Assembly (NCBI GenBank): GCA_977017645.1
Contig: OZ360225.1
Location: 93,310,001 to 93,374,000, forward strand
Direction of reading: 5' to 3'
Length of the DNA stretch: 64,000 nt
Origin: Torpedo marmorata
Lineage: Eukaryota
Shown here one piece after another: positions 25,716 to 37,129 of this stretch. The translations under genes and the position numbers were made by a program. Within the stretch, counting starts at the first letter, position 1. Every line of letters begins with the position of its first letter. Under the pieces are notes generated by a model. It searched no databases and had not been told where the DNA came from. It was given only the letters and a program-made list of their open reading frames with translations.

Positions 25716-27910
25716 GCTTAGTCCCACTGATCTACACCCAGTCCATATCCTTCCATACCCCTCTCATCCATGTACCTGTCCAAACTTTTCTTAAATGTTA
25801 AAATTAAGCCCGCATTCACCACTTCAGGTGGCAGCTCGTTCCATACTCCCACCACTCTCTGTCTGAAGAAGTTCCCCTTAATGTTCCCGTTAAACTTCTC
25901 CTTTTCATCTTTAACCCATGACCTCTGTATCTCACCTAACCTCAGTGGAAAAAGCTTACTTGCATTTACTCTGTCTACATCCATCATAATTTTACATACC
26001 TCTTTCAAATCTCCCCTCATTCTTCTACGCTCCGCTCCAGGGAATAAAGTCCTAATCTGTTTAACCTTTCCCTGTAACTCAGTTCCCTAAGCCTTGGCAA
26101 CGCCCTAGTAAATCTTCTCTGCACTCTTTCAATTTTATTGATATCTTTCCTGTAGTTAGGTGACCAAACTGCACATAATACTCCACATCTGGTCTCACCA
26201 ATATCTTATACAACTTTACCATAACATCCCAACTCCTGTACTCAATACTTTGATTTATGAAGGCCAATGTCTTGGGTTATTTTTGGAGCCTTTTTTAAAT
26301 AACGGAACAACATGAGCACCTCACCTGTGGCTAAGGATATTTTAAATGTACTTTGATGAAGGGCTCAAGCCCGAAACGTCGGTTATGTATTTCTACCTTT
26401 GCTACATAAAAGACACTGTTTGACCTGCTGAGTTTCTCCAGCATTTGTGTTTTTTACTTTATTTTAAATGTATTTGTCAGGGCCCCTGCAATGTCTGCAC
26501 AAACCTCTCTCAACGTCTGAGGGCATACCTTATCAGATCTTGGGGATTTATCCAAGCACATTGTCCCCTTTAATCTGTATAGGTTCCATGATCTTACTGA
26601 TTGTTTGCCTCACTTCCCTAGACTCTGTGCTAGTTTTCTGAGTAAATACAGATGCAAAAAAACCATTTAGATCTCCCCCATCTCTTCTTGCTCCATATAG
26701 AACCGACTACTCTGATCTTCAAGAGGACCAATTTTTTCACTTCCCATCCTTTTGCTCTTAATATACCTGTAGAAACCCTTTGGATTTTCCTTCACCTTGC
26801 CTTCCAAAGCAACCTCATGTCTTCTTTTAACCCTCCTAATTTCCTTCTTTTTTCTCACACTTTTACACTCCTCAAGTACCTCATTTGCTCCTTGTTGCCT
26901 GTAACTGCTATTCACCTCCGTCTTCTTAACCAGATCTCCAATGTCCCTCGAAAACCATGGTTCCATATACAAACACTATACTCTCAAAATTTCACTTTTG
27001 AAGGCCTTTCACTTGTCAGATCCTTTCACTTGGCACATCCTTGTCAGAAAACAACATAGTCCATTTCATGCCTTCTTGATCCTTACTCATTTCCTCAAAA
27101 CTAGCCTTTCTTCAATTTAGAATATCAACCTGAGGACCAGACCTATCCTTATCCATAATTATCTTGAAATTAATGGCATTATGTTCACTGGACCCAAAGT
27201 GTCCCCCTACACAGACTTCTGTCACCTGCCCTGTCTTCTTCCCTAATAGGAGATGCAGTATTGTACTCTCTCTAGTTGGTACCTCGATATATTGCTTTTG
27301 AAAACTTTCCTGAGCACATTTGACAAACTCTAAGCCATCCAGCCTCTTTAAGGGAGTCTCAGTCAACATGTGGAAAGTTAAAATCACCTACTATGCAACT
27401 TTGTTTCCTGCAGCTGTCTGCAAATTTGCTCCTCCAATTTGCGCTGACTATTGGGTGGTCTGTAATACAACCCCATTAATGTTGTCATACCTTTCCCGTT
27501 CCTCAGCTCCACCCATATAGCCTCAGTCGACAAGCTCTCTCATTTGTCCTGTCTGAGCAAAGCTGTGATATTTTCCCTGATGAGCAATGCTACCACTCCC
27601 CCTTTCATCCCTCCCACTGTATTGTGTCTGAAACAACGGAAGCCCGGAACATTGAGCTGCCAGTCCTGCCCATCCTGCAACCAAGCTTCACTAATGGTCA
27701 CAATGTCATATTTCCATGTGCCAATCCACGTACAAAGCTCATCTGCCTTTCCTACAATACTCCTTGCATTGAAATAGATGCACCTGAGAAGATTATTTCC
27801 ACTATGCACAACCCTTTGATTTCTGTCTCTATATGAAGTCTTCACATCATCTTTTTCCTCCTCCACTCCACTATCTGCTCTGGCACTCTGGTTTCCATCC
27901 CCCTGCAAAT
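25716..27910 (-). mobile_element. CR1 LINE ORF2 fragments (APE and RT end), internally deleted
   Basis: CIYFNARSIVGK, ISEAWL, KENPKGFYRYIK, VRPDVEYYVQF, RGDLKEVCKIM. Confidence 0.88.
26351..26459 (+). mobile_element. 109-bp Penelope pseudo-LTR-derived insert with hammerhead-like motif
   Basis: 13-bp TSD TATTTTAAATGTA at 26338-26350 and 26460-26472; similar to 35466-35570. Confidence 0.8.
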
Positions 27911-28030
27911 CTTGGTTGTAATGACGATGTGGTTGGACGAGGACACTTTGTTGGTGATATTTGCTCCTAAGATGTTGAAGCTCTCTCCCTCAGTACCATT
28001 TATATATACAAGGATATGTGCTCCTCTCCG

Positions 28031-29100
28031 TCAATGATTGAGTTTATTGCTTAGGAGTCTGACGGTGGAGGGGTAGCAACTGTTCCTGAACCTGGTGGTA
28101 GGTGTCTTGTGGCACCTATACCTCTTTCCTGCTGGCAGCAGCGAGAACAGAGCATGTCCTGGGTGGTGTGGATCCTTGATGATTGCTGCTGCTCTCTGAC
28201 GGCAGCGTTCCATGTAGATTTTCTCGAAGGTGCGGAGAGTTTTGTCTGTGATGTACTGGGCTGTGTCCACCTCCTTTTCCAGGGCTTTCTGTTAGAGGAA
28301 TTCGTGCCCTCATACCAGGCCGTGATGCAGCCAGTAAGCACACTTTCCACTACACGTAGACCTGTTGTTGTGATAGGAAAATTGGAATGTATCCATGTTG
28401 CCGCTCATCCAGGAGCTGATGTTCTTCAATAATTTCATCACTGTGGATGTGAGTGCCACTGGTCGATAGTCATTTAGGCAAGTTACCACACTCTTCTTGA
28501 GCACAGGTATGATTGAGGTCTGTTTGAAACAGGTGGGTACCACACCCTGCCAGAGTGAGATGTTGAAGATATCTGTGATTACATTGGCAAGTTGGCACAG
28601 GTTTTCAGTACTTGGTCAGGTACTCTGTCCAGACCGGATGCTTACCTTGGATTCACTCTCCTGAAGGCAGCCCGTACTTCATCCTCGGATACTGACAGTA
28701 GAGGACCATCAGGGGACATGGGGGTACGCAGTGATTCTTCCTTGTTCTGGTGGTCAAATCGAGTGTAGAAGGCATTGAGTTCATCTGGGAATGAAGCTTT
28801 GCTATCTCCTACTGCACTGGATTTAGTTTTGTAGCAGGTTATGTCATTTAGGCCCTGCCACAGCTGTCGGGTATCCTTTATTGTTTCCATTTTCATCTGG
28901 AATCTCCACTTTGCCTGGGAGATTGCTTTTTGTAGGTTGTACCTACTCCTTTGATCTCCGGACTTCTGGTCGTGAAGCTACGAGTGACTTCACAAGTGCT
29001 AGGTGAAATGACAGACGAGGCACTGTGGGCATTCCATGGCTCATTGTGATTGGGAATCATCAGGTTCTCTGAGGTGTCAACTGAATAGCATTTTCTTTGC
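28031..29100 (-). mobile_element. Rex1/Babar-like LINE fragments
   Basis: [57 protein letters not shown]. Confidence 0.85.
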
Positions 29101-29149
29101 AGTGTCTTTGAGTCCTTCACTGTATGCACGACCATGTAGTCTAGCTTAT

Positions 29150-29690
29150 CCCTCCAGCATCTCAGGCTGAAAGAGAACAAATCTAATTTCTCTAATTTAT
29201 TCATATATCTCAGAACCTTATATCTGGAATCATTCAGCTAAATCTTTACTGTACCTTCTCTAAGGTGTTCATATCATTCCTAAAATACAGTAATTGGATT
29301 TGGACACAATATTCCAATTGTGTCTGAACGAATGTGCTGCACGTTCCTGGCTTTGTTCTGTAAACATCCATTGTGATAAAGCCGATGATCTCATATACAT
29401 TTGAAAAGATTCTGCCTTTTGCAATGATTTATGCAGGTTATTCATCCAGATACCAGAACCCCTTTTAGAATTGTGCCCTCATTAAATTACCTCTTAATTA
29501 TTCCTCAAACAACCTCTTAAAGTAAGTCACAATCTTTCTTACATTTTCCAATGATTCCAAGTTTGTGTTTCTGCAAATTTGGAAATTGTGACTTGTACAC
29601 TGAGGTCCAGGATGTTATTAAGAAAAGCAGTGGATTTAGTTCTGGCCCTTGAGAACATCACTATACACTTCCCCACACTGTGAAATTACT
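29150..29690 (-). mobile_element. Ancient CR1-like RT fragment
   Basis: Degenerate similarity to the CR1 RT end (TGGACACAATATTCCAA, TCTGCAAATTT = KFA). Confidence 0.45.
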
Positions 29691-29849
29691 AAAAGCACCA
29701 CGTCTCAAAATTAAAAGTCTCATGAGACTTTGCCATTGAATATCAGGAACTGTGATGATAAACAAAGGTTCACAAGATTAAAAGTTTTCATATCTGGAAA
29801 GACTAACAAACAAGGCTCTTTTTGCGGATTGAATAAATTTAAAAAAAAA

Positions 29850-30106
29850 TAAATTTAAATTTAGACATACAGCATGGTAACAGGCCATGTCGGCCCACGA
29901 GTCCGTGCCATCCAATTTACACCCAATTAACCTACACCCCCTGTACGTTTCAAATGGTGGGAGGAAACCGGAGCCCCCGGCGAAAACCCATACAGACACG
30001 TGGAGAACGTATAAACTCCTTGCAGGCAGCGAAGGATTCGAACCCCAGTCCCGATCGCTGGCGCTGTAAAGGCATTGTGCTAACCGCTACGCCAACCGTG
30101 CTGCCC
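29850..30106 (-). mobile_element. HE1/V-SINE-type SINE, full length
   Basis: Head GGGCAGCACGGTTGGCGTAGCGGTTAGC with box B GGTTCGAATCC; V-like core; CR1-like tail ...CATGCTGTATGTCTAAATTT. Confidence 0.9.
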
Positions 30107-30499
30107 AAATATACAGTGGTAGTTGAATTCTTTACATGCCACAGAAATATCATCTGTCAAATGCAGCAGATACCGGTAATTAGAATAATAAGCAGGGTTC
30201 ATGAAGAAAACAGTTAAATACTTAGCAATTCACAGCATCTTTAAATCCACAGCATTGCCTGGAATGGCATGAACTGAACATTTACCAGCAGTATGAGCAC
30301 TGGGAAATGGTGGCCCCCATTCTTTGCTCCACCAGTAACAATTGTAACTGCTAGTCCATGATTCACTCCGAGTACATGAGCACTTTTGTTTCCACTGAGT
30401 TTGTCTGGCATCTGGTCAAGATTTTACTAATTTCTGAATGGTTACTTCTTCCTAGAAACATAGCTCCTGTTCAGTTTGCAGTAAAACTACAAGTAACTG

Positions 30500-31700
30500 A
30501 GAATCTCAAGAAATAGCATTATTTCTATGTAAAAGTGGTGTGGTCAGTGTATCCAGTTGGTAAACTACACGTTTTGTATTCATTGTAAACAGCGTATGAT
30601 CTATCTGTGACAGATGCAACTGTCATTGATAGATGTAGCTGTCCAAGTCCTTCTGGAGACAAGGTCCTGACCGCACATCAGAGGCATCCTACATTGTGTT
30701 GTCTAACATCACATTTGTGCTAATTAGGATTGTCTAAGGATAGATCTGGCAGCTCAAAGCTGGGCATCCGTGACATGTTGTGGGCCATCATCAACAGCAG
30801 CAGGAATGTGCACCCTGCAATTTGTAACCTCATGGCTTGACACATTCCTTATTCAACCATTGCTGTCAAGCCAATGAATTACCGGTAGTTTTGATCAGTG
30901 AGAAGATTTGCCGAGTGCAAAACCAGCACATCTTAAAAATAATGAGGTGCCAGCCTAATGAATGTGTCATATCAAACAACTTCCATCCTCAACAAAAACA
31001 TCAGGCAAAAGAGAGTAAACTAAGCGATCTTATAATCAAAGGATGAGATCAAAGCTTTGCAATCTTACCACATCGAGTTGTGAATGGTGATAGGGGCTGA
31101 GGTTACAAGAACATCTTCATCCTCAGTTACGACGGGGCCCAGAATCTGAGTGGTAAACAAAACATTACCGCCATGTTCAACCAGAAGGGCTAACTCGATG
31201 ATTCACCTTGGCTTTTTCTGGAGATCCCCACATTACAGGAGCCAGTTTCCAGTGAATTTAATTCATTCCATTGAAGTGAAATAGCGGTAATTAATGAATG
31301 CAGCAAAGGGTACAGGATGAGATCAAATTCCATCAGTGGTACTGAAGACCTGCGCTCCAGAACTAGCTCATCTTCTGTCCAAACTGCTTCAATATAGTTA
31401 CAATGCTGGTATCTACCTTGCAATGTGGAAAATTGTCCACATATGTACCAATCACAAAAGCTAGACAAATCCAATCCAGCTAATTACTGCCCAATTAGTC
31501 TACTTTCCATCATCAATAAAGTGATGAATGCCATCAAAAACTGAGCTATCAAGCAGCATTAACTTGCCAATAATTACTCTCTAATGCCTGGTTTGAATTT
31601 TACCAGGACTACTACAATCTGGTCCAAACATAAATCAAAGAGCATAATTCTTTCCTCCAGGATAGCATTTGACAGTGCTGAGTGTAGCATCAAGGTATGT
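30500..31700 (+). mobile_element. Ancient degenerate non-LTR LINE (RTE-X-like) ORF2 relic
   Basis: 31460-31530 reads DKSNPANYCPISLLSIINKVM, a decayed NYRPISLL motif; clade call uncertain. Confidence 0.6.
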
Positions 31701-31792
31701 TTGATGCAGGTAGCAACTTGCATTGAAATTATACAACAGTCATAATGCACCGTAACTAAATCTCTAGAAACAAAATGTTAGGCACATAATTT

Positions 31793-32907
31793 AAATTTTA
31801 AATTGAGACATACAGCACAGTAACAGGCCCTTTGGCTCCTCGAGCCCATGCCACCCAATTCAAGATTCAATTTATTGTCATGTATAAAAACAGTGTCATG
31901 TTACATGAAATTGCCTTTCGTCTGCTGTAAGGCAGACAGATTCGCCATTGGCTGAAATTGTCTGAAGCTCCTCTTACAGTCAGAGAAAGAGAAGCAAAAG
32001 AGAGTCCCCCCAGTCACCGAGTATCCGTGGATTTGCCTCCAGCGGTCCTGCAGCCTCCGCAGCCACACAGAGTCTAGTCCAAACCATCGGCAACCTGAGC
32101 TCCAGATCTGAACCTCCGATACGATTTGGAATCCTTCAGCGCCCTTGGGACCCTCTTGCATGCCGTTTCCAATACCTGGTTACCCCTTCAGCCGGTTTCG
32201 AGCCAGTCTCCAGCAGACCACAGCCTGGTGCGAGTCCCTTAACTGCAGCATCCAGCAGCCCACAGCCTGCATGGGTTCCTCGCCTCGAGTCAGCAACAAT
32301 CCGCCACCTGTGTGGTTCTTTCAGCAGCAGAACCCCTCACTGGTCTGCCGCCGTGGTCACCGTCCTGGGGCTTGCCTCCTCTGTTTTTCCTTCTCAGACG
32401 GAGAGGGGGGGGGTGTGGTTCCCTGTTTTCTGGTGTCCTGCGCCAGTCCTCTGCTTCCCTGGAGTCTGCAATCCCTCGTGGCTGCTGCCGATCATAGGCG
32501 CCGCCATCTTGGGCGCAGACCCTGCGGTTGCAGGATTTTAAATAAAACCACCATTGGCTCCTTTAACAGGCTGTTTAAAGCCCTTACGGAGCTGACAGCA
32601 GTTGGACTAGTCGGTTGGACCCCGCGAGAGCGCTGTGTCTCTGCTCTCCGCTCTCCCTGGGTCCGCACTAGTGGCAGCAGTGCCATTACAACAGCTCCAC
32701 CAGTGCCACCATTTTTTCTAACAATTACACCCAATTGACCTACAACCTGCTATGTTTTGAATGGTAGGAGGAAACCGGAGCATTCAGAGGAAACCCACAC
32801 AGACACGGGGAGAAAGTACAAACTCCTTACAGATAGTGCCGGATTATAACCCCGGTCGCTGGCGCTGTAATAGCATTGTGCTAAGCGCTACACTAACCGT
32901 GCCGCCC
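31793..32907 (-). mobile_element. HE1/V-SINE interrupted by an ~860-bp insertion
   Basis: Tail at 31793-31860 and head at 32722-32907 join into one copy matching 29850-30106. Confidence 0.88.
31861..32721 (-). mobile_element. GC-rich non-coding non-autonomous retroelement with Rex1/Babar-type ends
   Basis: CAATT duplicated at 31856-31860 and 32722-32726. On the - strand the 3' end is ATGACAATAAATTGAATCTTG, with AAAATGGTGGC and AAGATGGCGGC motifs near the 5' end. Confidence 0.7.
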
Positions 32908-33169
32908 TTTAGAATACACATTTCACTGAAAAACTTCTCTATGATGAAAATAATTTTGTAAAATATTTTTAACTGTGTTTGAAACATCTTGATTTTTTAA
33001 ATTATATTAGAAGTTTATAACTTTACTCAATCTAGGTTTGGCTTGATGAAATTTGCATGCTTTTCATGCTTACTTTTTGGCAGTTATTTTGTTAACCAAC
33101 ATGCAGCTATAATCTTAAACATACTCTTGGGGACCAGTTATAGTCGAGTAGAGCTTCAAGTTTACATGA

Positions 33170-33810
33170 ATGGTGACCACATCACTATCTGCTCTATGAA
33201 TTGGGAATAAGGGTCATCAGGCAAGCCCACAATTGACATGTAGCAGTTGTTTAAGGACCAACTAATTAGAGTCCAGGACCAGCATATTCCAGGGTGTAAC
33301 AAGGAGGATGACAAGGTAAGTAAACCTTGGATGACAAAAGGGGTCATGAACTTCGTCAAGAAGAAAAAGAAGGCATATGTAAGGTTCAGGAAGCTATAAT
33401 CAGTTAGGGCCCTGGAGGAATATAAAGACTGCAGGAAAGAGCTCAGGCAGGGCATTAGGAAGGACAAAAGGGGCCATGAGATGACCTTGGTGAACAGGAT
33501 TAAAGAAGGTCCCAAGGCATTTTATACTATAGCTGGGCACCATTCAAATGCCATCTACAAATTTGCCGATGACACCACGGTTGTTGAGAGAATCACAGGC
33601 GGCAATGAGAAAGCGTACAGGAGGGAGATAGATCACGTTGAGTGGTGTCACAACAACAACCTTGCACTCAACGTTAGCAAAACTAAGGAACTGATTGTGG
33701 ATTTAGAGGGGATTAGCAGATTTTTAATTTGATTTGGTAATCATGTTTGGCACAGACATGTGGGCCGGAGAACCTGTTCCTATGCTGCACTGTTCTGTTT
33801 TATGTTCTTT
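33170..33810 (+). mobile_element. Mosaic of CR1 fragment, Rex1-like RT fragment and CR1 tail
   Basis: RIKEGPKAFY (CR1) is joined to IYKFADDTTVV...NNLALNVSKTKELIVD (Rex1-like). Confidence 0.75.
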
Positions 33811-33926
33811 CTTTACTGCTTCAATAAATAGTCTTAGCTATGAAAATGTAAAATACAGCGCACATTCAGTCAAACTGGTATAGATAGGAAAGTTATTCTT
33901 TATTCGACCTCAATATAAAACAAGTA

Positions 33927-34136
33927 CAGTAAAACCCCTGGTATCTGGCACCTATGAGAACTGGTAGATGCCGTATAAGTGTATTGGGACTTACTGTTAC
34001 AATACCTAACTAAAACTTGCCTGCTGCCTCATGATCCACTGATTTCTGCTCACCAGACAAGTCTAATATACAGATTTTTTTGCCGGTTACTTGAGGCTGC
34101 CGTTTGCTTGAATTCCAGATAGCAGGGGTTTTACTG
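33927..34136. mobile_element. Tc1/mariner (Tigger/pogo-like) MITE
   Basis: TIRs CAGTAAAACCCCTGGTATCTGG and CCAGATAGCAGGGGTTTTACTG; TA on the left, GA on the right. Confidence 0.8.
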
Positions 34137-34389
34137 GATAACTCGTGTAAAGGAGGAAGATCTAACAAAATGGTTCTTTTGATCTATTTTTAAACATTCA
34201 ACATACTTTACTTGCATCTTTTTTAAACTGTTATCCATGTTGGGGTTCATTCCATGGGTGAATTTGCACCACCTGCCCATCCTTGCTTTCAATTGGAAAC
34301 CTCAGACTATTTAGTTTTATGCCACAGTATAAACATTTACCCATTGTTTTAAGACGAATGATGGAGTGAATTTAAAACACGTTTCTGCA

Positions 34390-34545
34390 CTCTTCTCCCC
34401 TTCCCCACACCTTTTTATTCAAGCGCTGGCCTGTTTTTGCTTATAACTGACAAAGGACCTAGGACCAAAAACGTTGGTTACCCTTTATTCCTCTGGATGC
34501 TGCGTGACCTGCTAAGTTTCTCCAGTATATTTTGGTATTGCACAT
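34390..34545 (+). mobile_element. Penelope pseudo-LTR fragment, degenerate
   Basis: CTGACAAAGGACCTAGGACCAAAAACGTTGG...GATGCTGCGTGACCTGCTAAGTTTCTCCAG. Confidence 0.7.
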
Positions 34546-34756
34546 TTCTGCACTGAACATAGTTTTCAAAATTGCAGTTGATGCTTGTTCAGTCATCTGT
34601 TTGAGTTTGGTAAGTTTCTGTTTATCAATAGGTTTCAAGATAAAGTAAGGTGCATTGATTCAAAGATTGTGGATGATCCAATTGAATGAGGTTGAAAAAG
34701 ATTAAATTATCTTCTCTTGTTCCTATGAGCCTTATGACCACTTCATAAGTGAGTTT

Positions 34757-35605
34757 GATCCTCCTCCGCCGTTTCCGCCACCTACTACGTGATCCCACCA
34801 CTAGACACATATTCCCCTCTCCTCCTTCTGCAGGGACCCCTCCCTCCGTGACTCCCTTGTCCACTCCTCCCTCCTCACCAATCGTCCCCTTGGGACCTAC
34901 CCCTGTGACTGCAGGAGATGCTCCACTTGCACCCAAACCTCCTCCCTCAGCAGTCTTTCCAGGTGAAGCATCATTTCACTTGTGAATCTTCAGGGGTCAT
35001 CTACTGCATCTGGTGCTCCCGCTGTGGTCTCCTCTACATCGGAGAGACTGGACACAGACTGGGAGATCGCTTTGTTGAGCACCTCGACTCTGTCCGCCGC
35101 AATAGCGTGGATCTCCCAGTGGCCACCCATTTCAATTCTCCATCCCATTTCCTTGCCGACATGTCTGTCCGTGGTCTCATGCACTGCCAGACTGAGACCA
35201 CCCGTGGATTGGAGGAACAACACCTCATCTTCCGACTGGGCACCCTCCAACCGGATGGCATTAATATCGACTTCTCTGGCTTTCGTTAAGAACCCCCTCT
35301 TCCCCCATCGTCTCTCCATTCCCTGTCTCCCTGTGCACAGACATGATAAATTCTACCTAGTCCCTTATCATATCCAATTAACACCTTTTGTTGGTCTGGA
35401 TTCCTCCCCCATTGTTTGAATTCTGAAACTTTCTGATATTCCTGCTTCTGTCTTTTCTGATTTTTCCTTGAAGAAGGGCTCAGGCCTGAAACGTCGGCAA
35501 TATATCTTTGTCTCCTATAGATGCTGAAAAGACCGGCTGAGTTCCTCCAGCATTTCGGTGTGTTTACTACAATCACAGTGTCTGCAGCCTATCGTGTTTC
35601 ACTCA
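34757..35605 (+). mobile_element. Penelope-like element 3' part: GIY-YIG endonuclease plus pseudo-LTR
   Basis: FTCESSGVIYCIWCSRCGLLYIGETGHRLGDRFVEH...VATHFN...LEEQHLIFRLGTLQPDGIN (34918-35289). Confidence 0.92.
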
Positions 35606-35625
35606 GATCTATCTTTTCTTCAGAT

Positions 35626-35880
35626 TTAATTTAACTTAGAGATACAGCACAGTTACAGGCCCGTCCGGCCCATGAGCCCATGCTGCCTAATTACACTTGT
35701 GATCAATTAAACTACTAACCCTGTACGTCTTTGGAATGTGGAAGGAAACCGGAGCTCCCAGAGGAAACCCACGTGGTCACTCGGGGAATGTACACACTCC
35801 TTACAGACGGCGGCAGATTTGAACCTCGGTCGCTGACGCTGTAGTAGCGTTGCGCTAACCCTACGCTAACCATGCCGACT
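35626..35880 (-). mobile_element. HE1/V-SINE-type SINE
   Basis: Colinear with 29850-30106. Confidence 0.88.
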
Positions 35881-36141
35881 TACTGATTTCAAATCAAATC
35901 AATTCATGTTTAAGTTATGGGGGAGCAAGCACAATCAGATGTGCAGGTAGCTTGACAAGTCTTCAAGCCATATGACTGCAAGAGGCATTGATCACCCTAA
36001 AACAGATTTTAGGCTTGACAGGTGAAGAGCAGGATAAAATATGCAAATAAAGGTGAAAACGAACAATCTATTTCCTTTGTAAAGTCAAAAGTTAAACCTG
36101 TAAAGGGAGATTAATAAGAGTATTTATATCATTATATGCAG

Positions 36142-36361
36142 GTGGAAAAGATGGTATTTTGATGGTGAAAATCATGGATTTACATGAAGAATGTTCAATG
36201 TTTGTCGCATTGTCTCAGCCATTGATTGAAGTCTCCAGAGAGCAAGCTGTTGAAAATGATGATGATGGCAACAAAACCCTGCTCAAGGTATTATTCACAA
36301 GAGAAACAGCATCTCACCTCAGAATCAGTGCAGGAGACACTATTCATATCTATCCACCTTG
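36142..36361 (+). CDS. SPIDR: Internal coding exon (220 nt) of scaffold protein involved in DNA repair
   Basis: Acceptor TATGCAG|GT and donor CCTTG|GTGAGT. Translation GKDGILMVKIMDLHEECSMFVAL...LKVLFTRETASHLRISAGDTIHIYPPW matches my recollection of vertebrate SPIDR (GVLTVKILELHEECAM...LKVLFTKETA...DTVRIFPPW). Confidence 0.9.
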
Positions 36362-36376
36362 GTGAGTTCCATATGA

Positions 36377-36472
36377 CTTACGGTAGACAAAAATTAAAGA
36401 ATTTCATGTATGTTACATTCTAAATGTAGTATTACGTGACAATAATGGAACCTTTACCTTTACCTTTACCTT
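36377..36472 (+). mobile_element. 5'-truncated copy of the tRNA-Thr SINE (3' tail only)
   Basis: Near-identical to 57958-58058; ends in (ACCTTT)n. Confidence 0.85.
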
Positions 36473-36723
36473 CCATTTATACAGCTTTGTTAAATTGTCA
36501 TCTGAACATAATCTTAATAACTGAAGTAATTGTTCTTGAACCAATTAAGCTTTTCAGTGGCAATTAGCACTACACTTAGGAGTTATGATTCATTCTTGTG
36601 CACTGGGACCTGGGAGTCTCAACGTTTTCAGAGGCATGTACCCTCACAGTGCCCTGAAAGAGGCATCCACTGGAGCCATGTGTTGCTGTGTCAGGAACCT
36701 GGCCTCGTCCATGCTGTCCACAA

Positions 36724-36775
36724 TAATCAGAATCAGAATTTATTGTCATGAACAAGTCATGAAATTCAGTGTTGT
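36724..36775 (-). mobile_element. Very short Rex1-type 3' tail
   Basis: (AATCAG)n-AATTTATTGTCATGA.CAAGTCATGAAATTC, also found at 61408-61454. Confidence 0.7.
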
Positions 36776-37129
36776 CATGAAAAAATGGTGATCTCATTCA
36801 TCATGGCATGGCTTAGTCTGGGCTGAACCACTCAATTAATGCGTGAAGGCTGCCAGTGAGGACTGCTGTTGAATGGGCTGGAGAAAGTCATACAACTGCT
36901 CAGCAATGGAGTGCATAGCTCAGGACTGCACCCTGGCCAAAATAGTGAGTGGAGGCCTGGAAAATATGAACAGGAATAGGTTAACAGGCTGCTGAAATCT
37001 GCCCATCCATCAATATGATTATGGCTGATCTTTGCTGGCCTTAGCATAGCATTCATTCCCTCCTCCGGGTCAGTAATGTAATTAATAAACAGTCGAAGGC
37101 CAGGAAATGATTTTCTCCTTACGACAACC

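Noticed and set aside
32145-32738. 197-aa ORF in the GC-rich insert
   Set aside because: Antisense to the inferred element, low complexity, and expected by chance in GC-rich DNA.
33481-33732. Novel CR1-Rex1 fusion protein
   Set aside because: Chance in-frame junction of two short decayed fragments.
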